DNA from: Leucoraja ocellata
Taxonomy: Eukaryota
Length of the DNA: 64,000 nucleotides
Direction: 5' to 3'
NCBI GenBank assembly: GCA_036785375.1
Contig: JAWMAR010001507.1
Coordinates: forward strand, 186,001 to 250,000
Positions 63,422-64,000 of the stretch are shown here, piece by piece. Below the pieces are notes generated by a model. That model had not been told where the DNA came from. It ran no database searches and worked only from the letters and a program-made list of their open reading frames with translations. Both the position numbers and the translations under genes were made by a program. Positions within the stretch are counted from its first letter, which is position 1, and every line of letters begins with the position of its first letter.

Positions 63422-64000
63422 TAATTCTTAAATGTACCCTTTTTCTTCATTACCTATTCCCCAATTTCCCGTTCTGATCTCCACTTGCCTGCTTTCACCA
63501 AGTTCCCATGTGCTCCAATACCAATTTACACCGCATAAAAACTGTGGAGCTGAAAGGCACAGAGAAACTAATCTAATTCTGCACTTAAGAAATGACTTGC
63601 AACAGCTAATTCTGGGTCACTTTCATTATCCCAGAATATAATTTAAATTACAGCATTTGCTTTAAAATGCATACAAATGTGAAAGATGACCCAATTAACC
63701 TGTTCACTGCCAAATGTTTATTCCTCACTATTGACCATAACCCAAGTATACTCAGGGATGGTACTGAACAGGTGAAAGGAAAGATTGGAAGTTTAATTTG
63801 GTAGTGCAAGGCAGAATTCATATCAAAATGTTTTGAAAATTTAAATATTGAACCATATCATGAAAACCTCACTTCAGGGCTCTAGACTTTGCAGGACAGC
63901 ATTTTGGCTGCAAAACCGGATTTTATGACGAGTATGGAAACCATCAGCAAGGTATGGAAACCATGACCAGCAGTCAGAACGGATGAACAATCCCGAGAAA

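Overview
Vertebrate genomic DNA, most likely a cartilaginous fish (skate/ray), judged from its repeat families (HE1/V-SINE, DeuSINE, HER1/CR1-type LINEs, Penelope-derived elements). Two intron-containing genes lie on the minus strand. TIAL1 contributes its last seven coding exons (61567..52846) and 3' UTR. RGS10 contributes a CpG-island promoter and coding exons 1-4 (39317..7972); its last coding exon was not found and probably lies left of position 1. All exon phases join into open frames with GT-AG sites. The rest is repeat-rich intron and intergenic DNA, including a decayed Tc1 transposase. The strongest observations are: (i) two TIAL1 poison-exon candidates with weak donors followed by U-rich tracts; (ii) many short Penelope-derived insertions carrying minimal hammerhead-ribozyme cores, often as self-matching foldbacks with 12-17 bp target duplications; (iii) two short templated duplications 1.2-1.5 kb apart. 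No prokaryotic or CRISPR system is present. Repeat boundaries are approximate, and family names come from remembered consensus sequences, not a database search.
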